Positions 10,593 through 20,573 of a DNA stretch of 64,000 bases are shown piece after piece (the first letter of the stretch is position 1; every line of letters starts with the position of its first letter). The notes under the pieces were generated by a model. That model was not told the DNA's origin. It worked only from the letters and a program-made list of their open reading frames with translations, and did not search any database. This DNA comes from Cenarchaeum sp. GTDB lineage: Archaea > Thermoproteota > Nitrososphaeria > Nitrososphaerales > Nitrosopumilaceae. A program made the translations under genes and the position numbers. The stretch is taken from positions 1,568,001 to 1,632,000 of the forward strand of contig OY843768.1 of assembly GCA_963693095.2 (NCBI GenBank), written 5' to 3'.

Positions 10593-11930
10593 ATGTCCGC
10601 GCAGGAGTGGGAATGGGGGACGAGCCCGAGGCTAGCCTCGTACACGCTGGCCAACGTGAGGAAGCTCGAGCAGGCACGCGCCCTCGGGGAGGAGCGCCTC
10701 GCCGAGATGGACGTCGTCGCGCACGTCCTGCCCTTCAAGGCCAACAACTATGTCGTTGACAATCTGATCGACTGGTCACGCGCCGAGTCTGATCCCATGT
10801 TCGTCCTCACGTTTCCGCAGCGCGGAATGCTCAGCGAGGCCAACTATGCCGAGATGGCCGCCGCGCTTGAGACCGGCGACAAGAAGCACATAGACGAGAC
10901 GGCCAACACAATAAGGCTCCGGCTAAACCCGCACCCCGCCGGACAGATGGAGCTAAACGTGCCGCACCTTGCCGACGGGACTGCGCTCCACGGAATGCAG
11001 CACAAGTACCGCGAGACGTGCCTCTTTTTCCCGAGCCAGAGCCAGACGTGCCACGCATACTGCAGCTTTTGCTTTAGGTGGCCCCAGTTTGTCGGCATGG
11101 ACGGCCTAAAGTTCGCGATGCGCGAGTCCGAGCAGCTCGTGCAGTATTTGCGCGAACATCCCGAGATAACTGACGTCCTGTTCACGGGCGGCGACCCCAT
11201 GATAATGCGCGCCGGCGTGTTTGCGACATATGTCAACGCGCTCCTTGAGGCAAAGATCCCGACACTAAACACGATACGAATCGGCACAAAGGCACTCTCG
11301 TACTGGCCATACAAGTTTCTCACCGACGAGGATGCCGGAGACATGCTCGAGCTCTTTGGCAACATAACAAAGGCCGGAGTCCACCTCTCCATAATGGCCC
11401 ACTTTAACCACCTCGTGGAGATGCGCACGCGCGCGGCAACTGAGGCGATCGCGCGCATACGCGCGACTGGCGCGCAGATAAGGACACAGTCACCGCTCCT
11501 CGCGCACATTAATGATGACGGCGACATGTGGGCAAAAATGTGGACAGAGCAGGTCAATCGCGGGTGCATTCCATACTATATGTTCGTCGTGCGCGACACG
11601 GGCGCGCAGCACTACTTTGGCGTGCCCCTTGTGCGCGCGCACGAGATATTCACGCGCGCATACACGCAGGTCAGCGGCCTCGCGCGGACCGTGAGGGGCC
11701 CGAGCATGTCGGCGACTCCGGGCAAGGTCACAGTCGACGGGACAGTCGAGGTCGGGGGCCGGCGCGCCATCGCGCTGCGCTTCTTGCAGGCTCGCGATCC
11801 CTCATGGGCAGGCAGGCCGTTCTATGCCGAGTACGACGCCGGCGCGGCCTGGCTTGACGACCTAAAGCCCCTAGATGGCGGAGAGTTCTTTTTCGAGGCA
11901 GGCCTCAAGGAGATACGCGCGTCGCGCTAG
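10593..11930 (+). CDS. KamA-family radical SAM aminomutase (lysine/glutamate 2,3-aminomutase-like)
   Basis: HKY..., CHAYCSFCFR, LFTGGDP, IRIGTK, HFNH motifs. Confidence 0.88.
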   Translation: MSAQEWEWGTSPRLASYTLANVRKLEQARALGEERLAEMDVVAHVLPFKANNYVVDNLIDWSRAESDPMFVLTFPQRGMLSEANYAEMAAALETGDKKHIDETANTIRLRLNPHPAGQMELNVPHLADGTALHGMQHKYRETCLFFPSQSQTCHAYCSFCFRWPQFVGMDGLKFAMRESEQLVQYLREHPEITDVLFTGGDPMIMRAGVFATYVNALLEAKIPTLNTIRIGTKALSYWPYKFLTDEDAGDMLELFGNITKAGVHLSIMAHFNHLVEMRTRAATEAIARIRATGAQIRTQSPLLAHINDDGDMWAKMWTEQVNRGCIPYYMFVVRDTGAQHYFGVPLVRAHEIFTRAYTQVSGLARTVRGPSMSATPGKVTVDGTVEVGGRRAIALRFLQARDPSWAGRPFYAEYDAGAAWLDDLKPLDGGEFFFEAGLKEIRASR

Positions 11931-12006
11931 TCAGCACCATTTGCCAATATGGGCAAAACTAGCTTACCAATGCGCCGTATATGCATCGCGCAGCGCCACG
12001 CGTGCC

Positions 12007-13452
12007 ATGGATGCGGTGGGGGTGATGAAGCGCCTAGGCGAGGATGAGATTGCGTTTATCGACTTTTGGTTCGTCGATATCATGGGCGAGCTCCACCGCA
12101 TGGGAATGCCAAGCTATGGCGTCTCTGAGGACGACTTTGAGAACGGCCTAGAAAAGCTCGATGCGAGCTCCATAGTGGGATTCGCCTCGGTCAACAAGTC
12201 AGACATGGTCATGAAGCCTGACCCCACGAGCTATTGCGTGCTCCCGCCAGACTATGACAACGGCAAGCGGCGCAACGCGAGGATGTTCTGCGACATCTAT
12301 GAAGGAAGCACGGATGCGACGTCGCGCTTTAATCGTGACTCGCGCGGAATAGTCCAAAAGGCCGAGGGCGAGCTCGAAAAATATGGCGTCACGCACGCAA
12401 TGTTCGGGCCAGAGATCGAGTTTTTCATCTTTGATGCGATAAACGTCTACCCCTCGCCGTATGCCGCAACGCACTCGTACGGCGGATCCGGATACTCGAT
12501 CGAGTCAAAAGAGTCGCCGTGGGCAAAGGGAAACGTGAGCACGGCAATAGACCTGCGCGAGGGATACTATCCGTCGCAGCCAAAGGACACGATGGACAGC
12601 CTGCGAAAGGACATCTGCGATGACCTCCACAACTATTTTGGAGTGATGATCGAGGCCGAGCACCACGAGGTCGCCACGTCAGGCCAGAGCGAGATAAACC
12701 TGCGCTATGGCAGCATGGTCGAGATGGCAGACGCCGTAGTCACCGCAAAGAACGTCATAAAGGTAAAGGCAAAGCGCGCAGGCAAGGTCGCCACGTTCAT
12801 GTCGAAGCCGATATTTGGCGACAACGCCTCGGCAATGCACACGCACCAGAGCCTCTGGAAAGGCGGCTCGAACCTCATGTTTGATTCCAACGACCCGATC
12901 GCGCAGCTCTCGCAGGTGGGGAGATACTATATCGGCGGCCTCCTCGACCACGCGCCAGCCCTCTGCGCGATAACAAACCCAACGACAAACTCGTACAAGC
13001 GCCTAGTGCCAAACTTTGAGGCGCCAGTCAACATATGCTGGGGCGTAGGCAACCGTTCGGCGGCCATACGCGTGCCAATGTACCTGCGCAACCAGGAGAA
13101 GAGCAAGAGGATAGAGTACCGCGTGCCAGACCCGACTGCCAATGTCTACCTCCTAGAGGCGGCCCTCGTCCTCGCCGGCCTTGACGGCATACGCCGCAAG
13201 CTCGACCCCGGCGATCCCATATACGACAATGTCTACAAGATGAGCGCGCAGAAAAAGCGAGAGCACCGCATAGGCTCGCTGCCGACTACGCTCCGGGGCA
13301 CGCTTGATGCGCTAGGCTCGGATCGCGAATTTTTGGAGCGCGTCTTTACTGCGGACTTTTTGGACGCGTATATCGCGCTAAAGTATGAAGAGTATTCGGC
13401 GTTTGCGCAGACCCCCACGACCTGGGAGGTCTCAATGTACGCCGATGCGTGA
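12007..13452 (+). CDS. glnA: Glutamine synthetase type I
   Basis: GPEIEFF, HHEVATSGQSE, TFMSKPIFGDN, NSYKRLVP, NRSAAIRVP, RIEYRVPDP motifs. Confidence 0.97.
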   Translation: MDAVGVMKRLGEDEIAFIDFWFVDIMGELHRMGMPSYGVSEDDFENGLEKLDASSIVGFASVNKSDMVMKPDPTSYCVLPPDYDNGKRRNARMFCDIYEGSTDATSRFNRDSRGIVQKAEGELEKYGVTHAMFGPEIEFFIFDAINVYPSPYAATHSYGGSGYSIESKESPWAKGNVSTAIDLREGYYPSQPKDTMDSLRKDICDDLHNYFGVMIEAEHHEVATSGQSEINLRYGSMVEMADAVVTAKNVIKVKAKRAGKVATFMSKPIFGDNASAMHTHQSLWKGGSNLMFDSNDPIAQLSQVGRYYIGGLLDHAPALCAITNPTTNSYKRLVPNFEAPVNICWGVGNRSAAIRVPMYLRNQEKSKRIEYRVPDPTANVYLLEAALVLAGLDGIRRKLDPGDPIYDNVYKMSAQKKREHRIGSLPTTLRGTLDALGSDREFLERVFTADFLDAYIALKYEEYSAFAQTPTTWEVSMYADA

Positions 13453-14301
13453 CTATTGCCCGTGCGCGTCCATGCACGCGACCATGCCGCCGAGGCGCAG
13501 GATCGCCTCGTCAGCCTCCCTGACTGTCTCCCAGAGGAGGCCGGCATCAAACGTGTACTTTTTCTTTTTTTCGTGAAACGTGTGGCCCGAGACGACGGTG
13601 CCCGAGTCATCGACTGCAAGGCGCACGTGCGCGACTCGGTTTCGGGCCTCAGCGACTGACTGGATTAGCCCCAAGAGCTCGCCATCAATGCAGCCGTCGA
13701 CTGTCATGACCAGCTTTAGAAACGCCCACTTTTGCGACATCGAGAGCGACTGGTTATAGAGTGCCTCATAGCACGCCTCAAGCGTCTCGCCGCCCGGTGC
13801 GGGCCGGCCCATCGAGAGGCGCCGTATGATGCAGTCATCCATTGCGCCCTCTAAGTCAAGTGCGCGCGATATGAGCAGGCCGCGAACAAAGCGCGGGTTG
13901 CGCCAGCGCGGCGTGTCAGCTGCCATCACGGCGAGCGTGTCGGCCGGATCGTCTGATGCCGAGATGCTGACCGTCGAGTTTGCAAGTAGGCGCGAGCGCG
14001 CGACCGGATCGAATGACTTGCCATAGCAGAGGACATCGAGGGGGTACTGTTTTGCGATCTTGCGTATTGCTGCCTCGAATGCGGGATCGCCGGCCATCTC
14101 TGATGAGGCCGCAAGGATGTCTGCCCTGTCAGCGCCCATGCTCGCAACTAGGCTATCGATCGTAGCGTACTCTAGTATAGCCGGCTCTAGGCCGCGCGAG
14201 GCGAGGCTGGCCGCAATCCTGTCGCGAAGGGCCGCGTCGTGCGAGGCGGCAAGCCACTTTAGCGTAATCGGCCTGCGTGTCTCGTCGGTCTCGCCGCCCA
14301 T
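13453..14301 (-). CDS. Receiver-like domain fused to a HEPN (RxxxxH) domain
   Basis: N-terminus follows a REC-like alpha/beta pattern without the acidic pocket; C-terminus has LEGAMD...QKW...ARNRVAH. Confidence 0.5.
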   Translation of the reverse strand: MGGETDETRRPITLKWLAASHDAALRDRIAASLASRGLEPAILEYATIDSLVASMGADRADILAASSEMAGDPAFEAAIRKIAKQYPLDVLCYGKSFDPVARSRLLANSTVSISASDDPADTLAVMAADTPRWRNPRFVRGLLISRALDLEGAMDDCIIRRLSMGRPAPGGETLEACYEALYNQSLSMSQKWAFLKLVMTVDGCIDGELLGLIQSVAEARNRVAHVRLAVDDSGTVVSGHTFHEKKKKYTFDAGLLWETVREADEAILRLGGMVACMDAHGQ

Positions 14302-14398
14302 GGGAGAGTGCGCGCGTCGTGCGTAATTAAAGCGTGCGCACGTGCGCAGCCACCGGGACACTGGTGTGGGCGCTGATCCTTGGCATCAGGCACTAGTC

Positions 14399-14653
14399 TC
14401 ACTGGGGTTTCTTGTCAACCCTGATTGTAAAGCGCCTGTCCAGATATGACAGCAGGGGGGCAAGAAGGAGAAGGGCAAAGGCGATGTACAAGCCTCGATC
14501 ATCCTGTGACAAAAAGTTCCACACCATGGTCGCCTCTGCAGAAAAGGGCGAGGGGACGTCTACAAATGCCATAATAAGCAAAACGCCGAGTACAACACAG
14601 ATTGACGCGGACAGTGAAAGGTTTGATATGCTCAATTTGTCACCCCAGATCAC
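14399..14653 (-). CDS. Small hypothetical membrane protein
   Basis: Two TM helices; overlaps the upstream stop codon. Confidence 0.5.
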   Translation of the reverse strand: MIWGDKLSISNLSLSASICVVLGVLLIMAFVDVPSPFSAEATMVWNFLSQDDRGLYIAFALLLLAPLLSYLDRRFTIRVDKKPQ

Positions 14654-15105
14654 CTAGCGTTCAGTGCGTCCCTGACGCCTCCCCATATACCACAAAGACG
14701 TGTCCGCGTGGATGGCTCGGGAGCGCGTTTCGTGGCAGGGTCTGCAGATAGCCGATGCCGAAACCTTGATAGCTCACGCGTCTCCAGGGTCTCCACACGA
14801 GTCAGGGCAGCGCGCGTAATGCCGTACATGCCAAGCGCAAGGAGGCCAATGCACACTAGTGCGGCACCAAATTTGACACCGGCATGGTCGTGTCTCAGGT
14901 CACGCCACAGATCAGGATCGTCTGTAAACAGCGGCGCATAGGCATCACTGATGCTCACCTCTATGAACATAATGCCCGGAAATATCAACAATGAGAATAT
15001 GAGCGCGACGGGCAGGATCAAGCCAGGATCTGGACCTCCTGATGGAACAAGCAGGGCGTAGTCGCCCCCACAGCCTGCACACGCATACCCCGCACCCCAG
15101 TGCAC
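14650..15105 (-). CDS. Hypothetical membrane protein (paralogue of 15183-15746)
   Basis: Two TM helices; shared C-terminus DPATKRxPEPSxRTRLxGIWGGV. Confidence 0.55.
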   Translation of the reverse strand: MHWGAGYACAGCGGDYALLVPSGGPDPGLILPVALIFSLLIFPGIMFIEVSISDAYAPLFTDDPDLWRDLRHDHAGVKFGAALVCIGLLALGMYGITRAALTRVETLETRELSRFRHRLSADPATKRAPEPSTRTRLCGIWGGVRDALNAR

Positions 15106-15182
15106 CGAGTATTAATTGGTGCTGCGCGTGAGGGCTCTGTCCACGAATAGGAGGTTTGATATGCCCAATTTGCTACTGCAGC

Positions 15183-15746
15183 TCACTGGACGTTCAATGC
15201 GTTCTTGACGCCTCCCCATATGCCACCAAGACGTGTCCGCATTGATGGCTCGGGATCGCGTTTCGTGGCAGGGTCCTCAGATGGCCGGTTCAAGAATGGC
15301 TCTAGTTCGTCTAATTTTTTCAGTATAGTCCTGAGAGGCTGCGTGACGGAGTATATGCCAAGTACAAAGATGCCAGTGCATAGCCACATTATGCCCAATT
15401 TTAGCCCCGCATGGTTATTTGTCAAGCTGTCCCACAATGTAGGCGCTCCTGCGAACAGTGGCGCAAAGACATCACTAGAGCCAATTGCCATCAGCATAAT
15501 ACCTGGAAGTATCCCCAGTGCGCATATGAGCTGGACAGGCGTGATCCATGGAGAGCTCTGGCTCCCAGACGGCCTCAAGGGGCACCACCGGCGAGTCTCA
15601 CTGGTGGGCGCAGTTTCTGATAACCCCTGTCCCCTATATCCGACCCAACAGTCCGCATATTCATACTCGCCCCATAGTGTGCCGTATATTAATTTGTGCC
15701 GTGCAAAACGTGGTTTATGGTCTCGAAGCGACTGTAATGTGCCCAT
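15183..15746 (-). CDS. Hypothetical membrane protein (paralogue of 14650-15105)
   Basis: Two TM helices; shared C-terminus. Confidence 0.55.
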   Translation of the reverse strand: MGTLQSLRDHKPRFARHKLIYGTLWGEYEYADCWVGYRGQGLSETAPTSETRRWCPLRPSGSQSSPWITPVQLICALGILPGIMLMAIGSSDVFAPLFAGAPTLWDSLTNNHAGLKLGIMWLCTGIFVLGIYSVTQPLRTILKKLDELEPFLNRPSEDPATKRDPEPSMRTRLGGIWGGVKNALNVQ

Positions 15747-15909
15747 GTCTCAGTTTGTCAACAGTTAGGGGTTGGGAGGGGTCATCAACTTGCGAGGACT
15801 AGGATTGCGCAAGAACGCGCCGCTGAGCTCGTCACGGATGCCTGTGATATGTCAGGGCCTACTGACTGGTGCGTTGTGCAGGCCATGGCCATGACGGCCT
15901 CCACGCGCG

Positions 15910-16503
15910 TCATGCCAGGTCAGTAAAGTGCGCGTGTTTGGCTTCCGGAGACAGGCGTATCACAATATTCCGTAATTCCTTAAAATGACGCAGGAGTAAC
16001 TGTACATCACGCCTAGAGATCTCGCCTGTGGAAAACATGGAAATCGCACGATCAACTGTTGTTAGAGGCGATGTTTTTTTAGAATCTTGCACACGAAGGT
16101 TGATGATCGAGGCTCGTATGCCATGCATATTAGTCACTATGGCACTAGCATTTTGGGGTGTGACGGTACGAGCTCCACTCTCAAACTCTGCAAGTAATAG
16201 TGAGCAATGGTAAGTCGCGAGATCCAGTAGACGAGCCAGTGATCTCATCTCTATGTTCCCATAAATGTCCCTAGCAACAATAGTTTGGACTATGCGAGCT
16301 ACAGCTTTGCCAATCTTGCGGTTCATGTAATAGCCGAGGATTGCAAGTGCGGCACCAAGCGGCCCAATCTGTAAGAAAAGACCCCAGAATGACGTCGCAT
16401 CAGTATAAAGTGAGGCAAGATCGCCAATAAGGGCAACCATAACAATTGCAAAGGCCACTATGCTGCCAAAGATCAGCACGCTGACCGGTATTGTGCTGCT
16501 CAT
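15910..16503 (-). CDS. Hypothetical membrane protein
   Basis: Two N-terminal TM helices; ATGA-coupled to the upstream gene; lower GC. Confidence 0.55.
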   Translation of the reverse strand: MSSTIPVSVLIFGSIVAFAIVMVALIGDLASLYTDATSFWGLFLQIGPLGAALAILGYYMNRKIGKAVARIVQTIVARDIYGNIEMRSLARLLDLATYHCSLLLAEFESGARTVTPQNASAIVTNMHGIRASIINLRVQDSKKTSPLTTVDRAISMFSTGEISRRDVQLLLRHFKELRNIVIRLSPEAKHAHFTDLA

Positions 16504-17069
16504 CTGCAGTTACCCCCATGGTATGAGCTTGACGTGGGAAGAAACGTGTCCTTGATCTCATCGTATATGCCGGCGATATAGTCTGGGTCGACTGACAGGT
16601 ATCGAAATTCGGCCATTCGAAGAATCCAGGTGCGCCGATCCCGGCCGCTGGTGGGCTTTGAGTAGCCCTCGATGACTAGGTCGTTGAATCGCGATAGGCT
16701 CGCGGCCATCTCGATCCAGTTCCTGTCATGATTGGCGGCGAACTGGCGAAACTCGTCGATGCGCGGCCAATAGCTGTGATCGGGCGGAGATGCGGCGAGC
16801 GCGTCGTCGATATAGTCAAGATCGCCGAACAGATCCATTGCGCATGGACCCTCCTCAAAGAGTGAATACATGTAATCTAGTCCGGGGTGGCCAAAGTGCC
16901 TCACCGCAAAGTACGCAAGGTGCTGCACCCTTTTGCTTGTCTTGAGGTCCGGCTCTATGAGAGGCCTATTGCCGTCTAGAATGCCCTCATCGCAGAGGAG
17001 CCTGACGAACGGGGCGAGATCCGGACTATAGGCGACCTTTGGTCTCTGCGGCATCATGTCTGCCTCCAT
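16500..17069 (-). CDS. SocA/Panacea (YwgA-like) antitoxin-type protein
   Basis: RVQHLAYF...YMYSLFEEGPCAMDL...WIEMAASL resembles the (R/K)LQKxxY...GP...LE consensus. Confidence 0.45.
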   Translation of the reverse strand: MEADMMPQRPKVAYSPDLAPFVRLLCDEGILDGNRPLIEPDLKTSKRVQHLAYFAVRHFGHPGLDYMYSLFEEGPCAMDLFGDLDYIDDALAASPPDHSYWPRIDEFRQFAANHDRNWIEMAASLSRFNDLVIEGYSKPTSGRDRRTWILRMAEFRYLSVDPDYIAGIYDEIKDTFLPTSSSYHGGNCR

Positions 17070-17196
17070 GGGCGCCGGAAACGCGGTACACTATATTACT
17101 GTTAACTATGGTATGGCCGTAGGCACAGATTTGGCCGACTCACGCCTAGATCGCGCGGCCAGGTTTAAATACCACATACTTAAGAGGGTCGTCATT

Positions 17197-18183
17197 ATGG
17201 TCGCCCAAGGCATACGCGCCAAAGAATCCTGCCCACGTTGCGCAAAGGGCAAGCTCGTCACGGACAACGAGTCTGGCGAGCTCTTTTGCTCAAAGTGCGG
17301 CTATGTGATAACCGAAAAGATCGAAGAGTCCGGTCCGGAGTGGCGCTCGTTCACGCAGGATGACCACGGTGACAGGGCACGCGCCGGCGCGCCGACGTCA
17401 CTCACGATGCACGACATGGGCCTTGCCACGATAATAAATCCCGTCAACAAGGACGCATCAGGCCGTCCGCTTGCCGCATCGATGAAGTCCACGATCGAGC
17501 GACTCCGCACATGGGACAGCCGCAGCCAGGTTCACGAGCCAGTCGACCGCAACTTTAGGCAGGCGTTCTCGGAGCTCAACCGCCTAAAGGACAAGCTCGC
17601 AATATCAGATGCGGTGATCGAAAAGGCAGCATACATTTACAGGAAAGCACTGGAGAAGGGTCTTGTTCGCGGCAGGTCAATATCCGCACTCATGGCATCT
17701 GCGCTGTATGCGGCATGCCGTGACACGGCGACGCCACGAAACCTAAAGGATGTGGAACACGCGGCGAACATAAAGCGAAAGGACATTGCGCGCTGCTACC
17801 GCCTACTCGTAAAGGAGCTCGACCTAAAGATGCCCGTGACTGACTCTGTCCAGTGCGTCTCGCGCATCGCAAGCAAGATCGGCATTGCCGAAAAGACAAA
17901 GCGCCACGCGACTAATGTCCTAAAGCAGGCCAAAAAGAACGAGGTCTCCGCCGGCAAGGATCCTATGGGCCTGGCAGCGGCCGCACTGTACCTTGCGTGC
18001 GTAAAGAACAACGAGGACAAGACGCAGCGCGACATTGCCGAGGCGGCAAACGTGACAGAGGTGACGATACGCAACCGCTACAAGGGCCTAAAGCAGTCGA
18101 TCGACGAGGCCGAGGGCGTCTCTAGTGACACGGCCGCGACGAGCTCTACGCCGGCAAAGCCAAAGAAAGCCGACAGCAAGTGA
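17197..18183 (+). CDS. tfb: Transcription initiation factor IIB
   Basis: CPRC...CSKCG Zn ribbon, GPEWRSF, two cyclin repeats, TEVTIRNRYK; TTTAAATA at 17164. Confidence 0.97.
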   Translation: MVAQGIRAKESCPRCAKGKLVTDNESGELFCSKCGYVITEKIEESGPEWRSFTQDDHGDRARAGAPTSLTMHDMGLATIINPVNKDASGRPLAASMKSTIERLRTWDSRSQVHEPVDRNFRQAFSELNRLKDKLAISDAVIEKAAYIYRKALEKGLVRGRSISALMASALYAACRDTATPRNLKDVEHAANIKRKDIARCYRLLVKELDLKMPVTDSVQCVSRIASKIGIAEKTKRHATNVLKQAKKNEVSAGKDPMGLAAAALYLACVKNNEDKTQRDIAEAANVTEVTIRNRYKGLKQSIDEAEGVSSDTAATSSTPAKPKKADSK

Positions 18184-18243
18184 GACGCAGCGGCGCACCT
18201 TGCGCGCGCGCATGATTTCTGCAATTCCATATGTCCTGGATAT

Positions 18244-19686
18244 CTAGACTGACTTTTGCGGAAAGCCAGACTCTTCAGTCTCGGGTTCTGGATCCTTTTG
18301 CGGCGCATCAGGCTCTGGCGTCACAAAGCCGCCTTCGTCCGGGTCAGGCGGGGCTATCTTTTTGGCGCCGCCAAGGCCCACAGTCGTGATTATGACCGTC
18401 GATAATATGACAAAGAACGCGACTTGCGGGTACGCCTCGGCGTTTGGCAGGCCGTACGTCAGGGGCAGCGTCGCAAGAACTGCAGCGGCTAGGCCGCGCG
18501 GGATCATGACCGAGGTCACCTTGCGATCAAGCTTTGAAAAGCTGTTCAAGAGTATGACGCGCGCCAGGACTATGCGCGCGATGTATATCGCGACTGCAGC
18601 AGCTATCCCAAAGGCCGTAAGGCGCCAGTCGCCAAAGCTCGCCAAGAGGCCGACGAAGACGAAAAAGAACGCGCGCACGAGAAACGTCAGCTGGTTGTGC
18701 ATCGAGTCATCGCGCTCTATGGATGGCATCTTGAAGCGAAAGAGGCGCGCGATGCGGTCCTTGTTGCCCAAGAGAATGCCAAAGACGAGGGCCGTGAGCG
18801 CGCCAGACTCGCCGAGCGTGTTTGCCAGGAAAAAGAGGAAAAAGAGAACGCCTAGCGTGAGCATGTACCCGTGGCGCGCGTTTGCGAGCTTTGCCGTGAT
18901 GAACAGCCATGGGAGTCCGACGACGAGGCCGAGTGATATTCCGACTGCGAGGTTGTGGCCGACTGACTGGCTCAGGCCCGTTATGGTCAGCGAGTTGGCC
19001 ATTATCGCGCCAAACATGATAAAGGCGATAATAGTCGAGAGTATGTCAGTTATTGCCGATTCGAATGACAGCATGTTCTTTGCGCTCTCTGAAATGCGCA
19101 AGTTGCGCACGAGGCCAAAGACGATGACAGAGCTAGAGCCGCCGACGATGGAGCCCAGGAGAATGCTGCCGTACCAGTCCCAGCCGAGCATAAAGTGCGC
19201 CATTACGGTGACGATGAATACCGAGATGACAAACCCAATGACTGCGAGAAGTATCGCAAAGTGTGCCGTGCGGATCATGTGCTTTAGGTCAAGGTTGAGG
19301 CCGCCATCAAACATGATGATGATCAGCGCAATGGCCGCGAAATATGGCACTATCTGCGTGACGACATCAGGCTGAATTATGCCAAGGAGCGGCCCAAAGA
19401 TGACGCCGAGCATCATCAAAAAGGCGACATCTGGGATTCCCGTCTTTTTGAAAAACGTCTCGCCGATAACGCCAAAGAATATCGTGACTGCCGCCGCAAG
19501 GAGGACGACTGGAGCCGAGGCGATTCCGGCATCGCTTCCGGAAAATGCGGCAAAGGCCTCCTGCAGCCTAGAGACCGCACCGGCGAGCGGCTCGATTCCC
19601 GTCGAGTCGGTCAGCTCACCGGCCATCGAAAAGGCCCTCTCGACGAGGCCGTCCCAGACGGCCAGGACCACAAAGGGCAGATTCAC
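18244..19686 (-). CDS. Cation:proton antiporter (CPA1/NhaP type)
   Basis: About 12 TM helices; MFDGGL, ESAITD, PRGLAAAVLA motifs. Confidence 0.9.
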   Translation of the reverse strand: MNLPFVVLAVWDGLVERAFSMAGELTDSTGIEPLAGAVSRLQEAFAAFSGSDAGIASAPVVLLAAAVTIFFGVIGETFFKKTGIPDVAFLMMLGVIFGPLLGIIQPDVVTQIVPYFAAIALIIIMFDGGLNLDLKHMIRTAHFAILLAVIGFVISVFIVTVMAHFMLGWDWYGSILLGSIVGGSSSVIVFGLVRNLRISESAKNMLSFESAITDILSTIIAFIMFGAIMANSLTITGLSQSVGHNLAVGISLGLVVGLPWLFITAKLANARHGYMLTLGVLFFLFFLANTLGESGALTALVFGILLGNKDRIARLFRFKMPSIERDDSMHNQLTFLVRAFFFVFVGLLASFGDWRLTAFGIAAAVAIYIARIVLARVILLNSFSKLDRKVTSVMIPRGLAAAVLATLPLTYGLPNAEAYPQVAFFVILSTVIITTVGLGGAKKIAPPDPDEGGFVTPEPDAPQKDPEPETEESGFPQKSV

Positions 19687-19783
19687 GCGCCACGCGCGGC
19701 CCGCGTGCGCTTAAAAGGTGTCCGTGTCAAGACTTGGAGCGCGACGGGTTATAACGGAGATAGGGTGCGCGCTGCGCGTGGCA

Positions 19784-20338
19784 ATGGGAGCAACTGACCT
19801 CCTGCGCGAGGACCATCGCCTCGCCTGGCGTCTTGAGGCCGTCATAGTGTCATGCTGCGAGCGCCTCGAGGCGGGCCGCGACGTTCCGCTAGGTGACATT
19901 GAGGCGATCTCGGGTATTATCGAGGGCTTTTTGGACAGCGTGCATCACGCGCGCGAGGAGGGGACGTACTTTGCGTGCGTCGGCGCGTACGGGATGGGTG
20001 CGGACATTCGCAAGTTTCTCATAGAGCACGAGTTTGCGCGTCGCGTCGCCGCAAAGGTCGCCCACCACGTCTCGCGCTGGCGGGCCGGCGAGGATGCGCG
20101 CGAGCCTGTCGCGAGGTTTCTGCGCGCGTATGCGGTATTCCTGCGCGACCACATGACAAAGGAGGAGGCGTTCTTTGAGGAGGCCGAGGCGGCCCTCACT
20201 GCCGAGGAGGAGGCCGAGATGAAAGAGTATCTGGTGTCCGTGGCCTCTGACGCAAGAACGGTCCGGCGCGCCGAGGCCGAGATTGCCGCACTCGAGGTGG
20301 CCGGATGGAACTGCGCTGCGGGTGGCGGGCCGGAATAG
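19784..20338 (+). CDS. Hemerythrin-like HHE domain protein
   Basis: DH...HHAREE...EHE...HMTKEE motifs. Confidence 0.85.
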   Translation: MGATDLLREDHRLAWRLEAVIVSCCERLEAGRDVPLGDIEAISGIIEGFLDSVHHAREEGTYFACVGAYGMGADIRKFLIEHEFARRVAAKVAHHVSRWRAGEDAREPVARFLRAYAVFLRDHMTKEEAFFEEAEAALTAEEEAEMKEYLVSVASDARTVRRAEAEIAALEVAGWNCAAGGGPE

Positions 20339-20353
20339 CGATCTTTTGTGCGG

Positions 20354-20451
20354 TGCGATCTAGGGTTGGTTGCGATCTAGGGTTGGTTGCGATCTAGGGT
20401 TGGTTGCGATCTAGGGTTGGTTGCGATCTAGGGTTGGTTGCGATCTAGGGT
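20354..20451. repeat. Perfect 17-bp tandem repeat (TGCGATCTAGGGTTGGT, about 5.8 copies)
   Basis: Read directly from the sequence; no spacers. Confidence 0.95.
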
Positions 20452-20573
20452 GATCTGGGTATGCCGTATGCGTAATTACGGCCACGCACTCGGCAGGATC
20501 GATCGATCGTCAGCTGATCATGCACTCTCTGCGATCAGAAATGCTTAACTACTAATGGGTAGAAGGGTAACCA

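Noticed and set aside
18362-19375. Long antisense ORFs (also 33945-34790, 62092-63072, 51548-52282)
   Set aside because: Shadow frames of GC-rich genes or of repeats, with no protein motifs.
20354-20451. CRISPR or telomere-like repeat
   Set aside because: Head-to-tail 17-mers without spacers; the TAGGGTT resemblance is probably coincidental.
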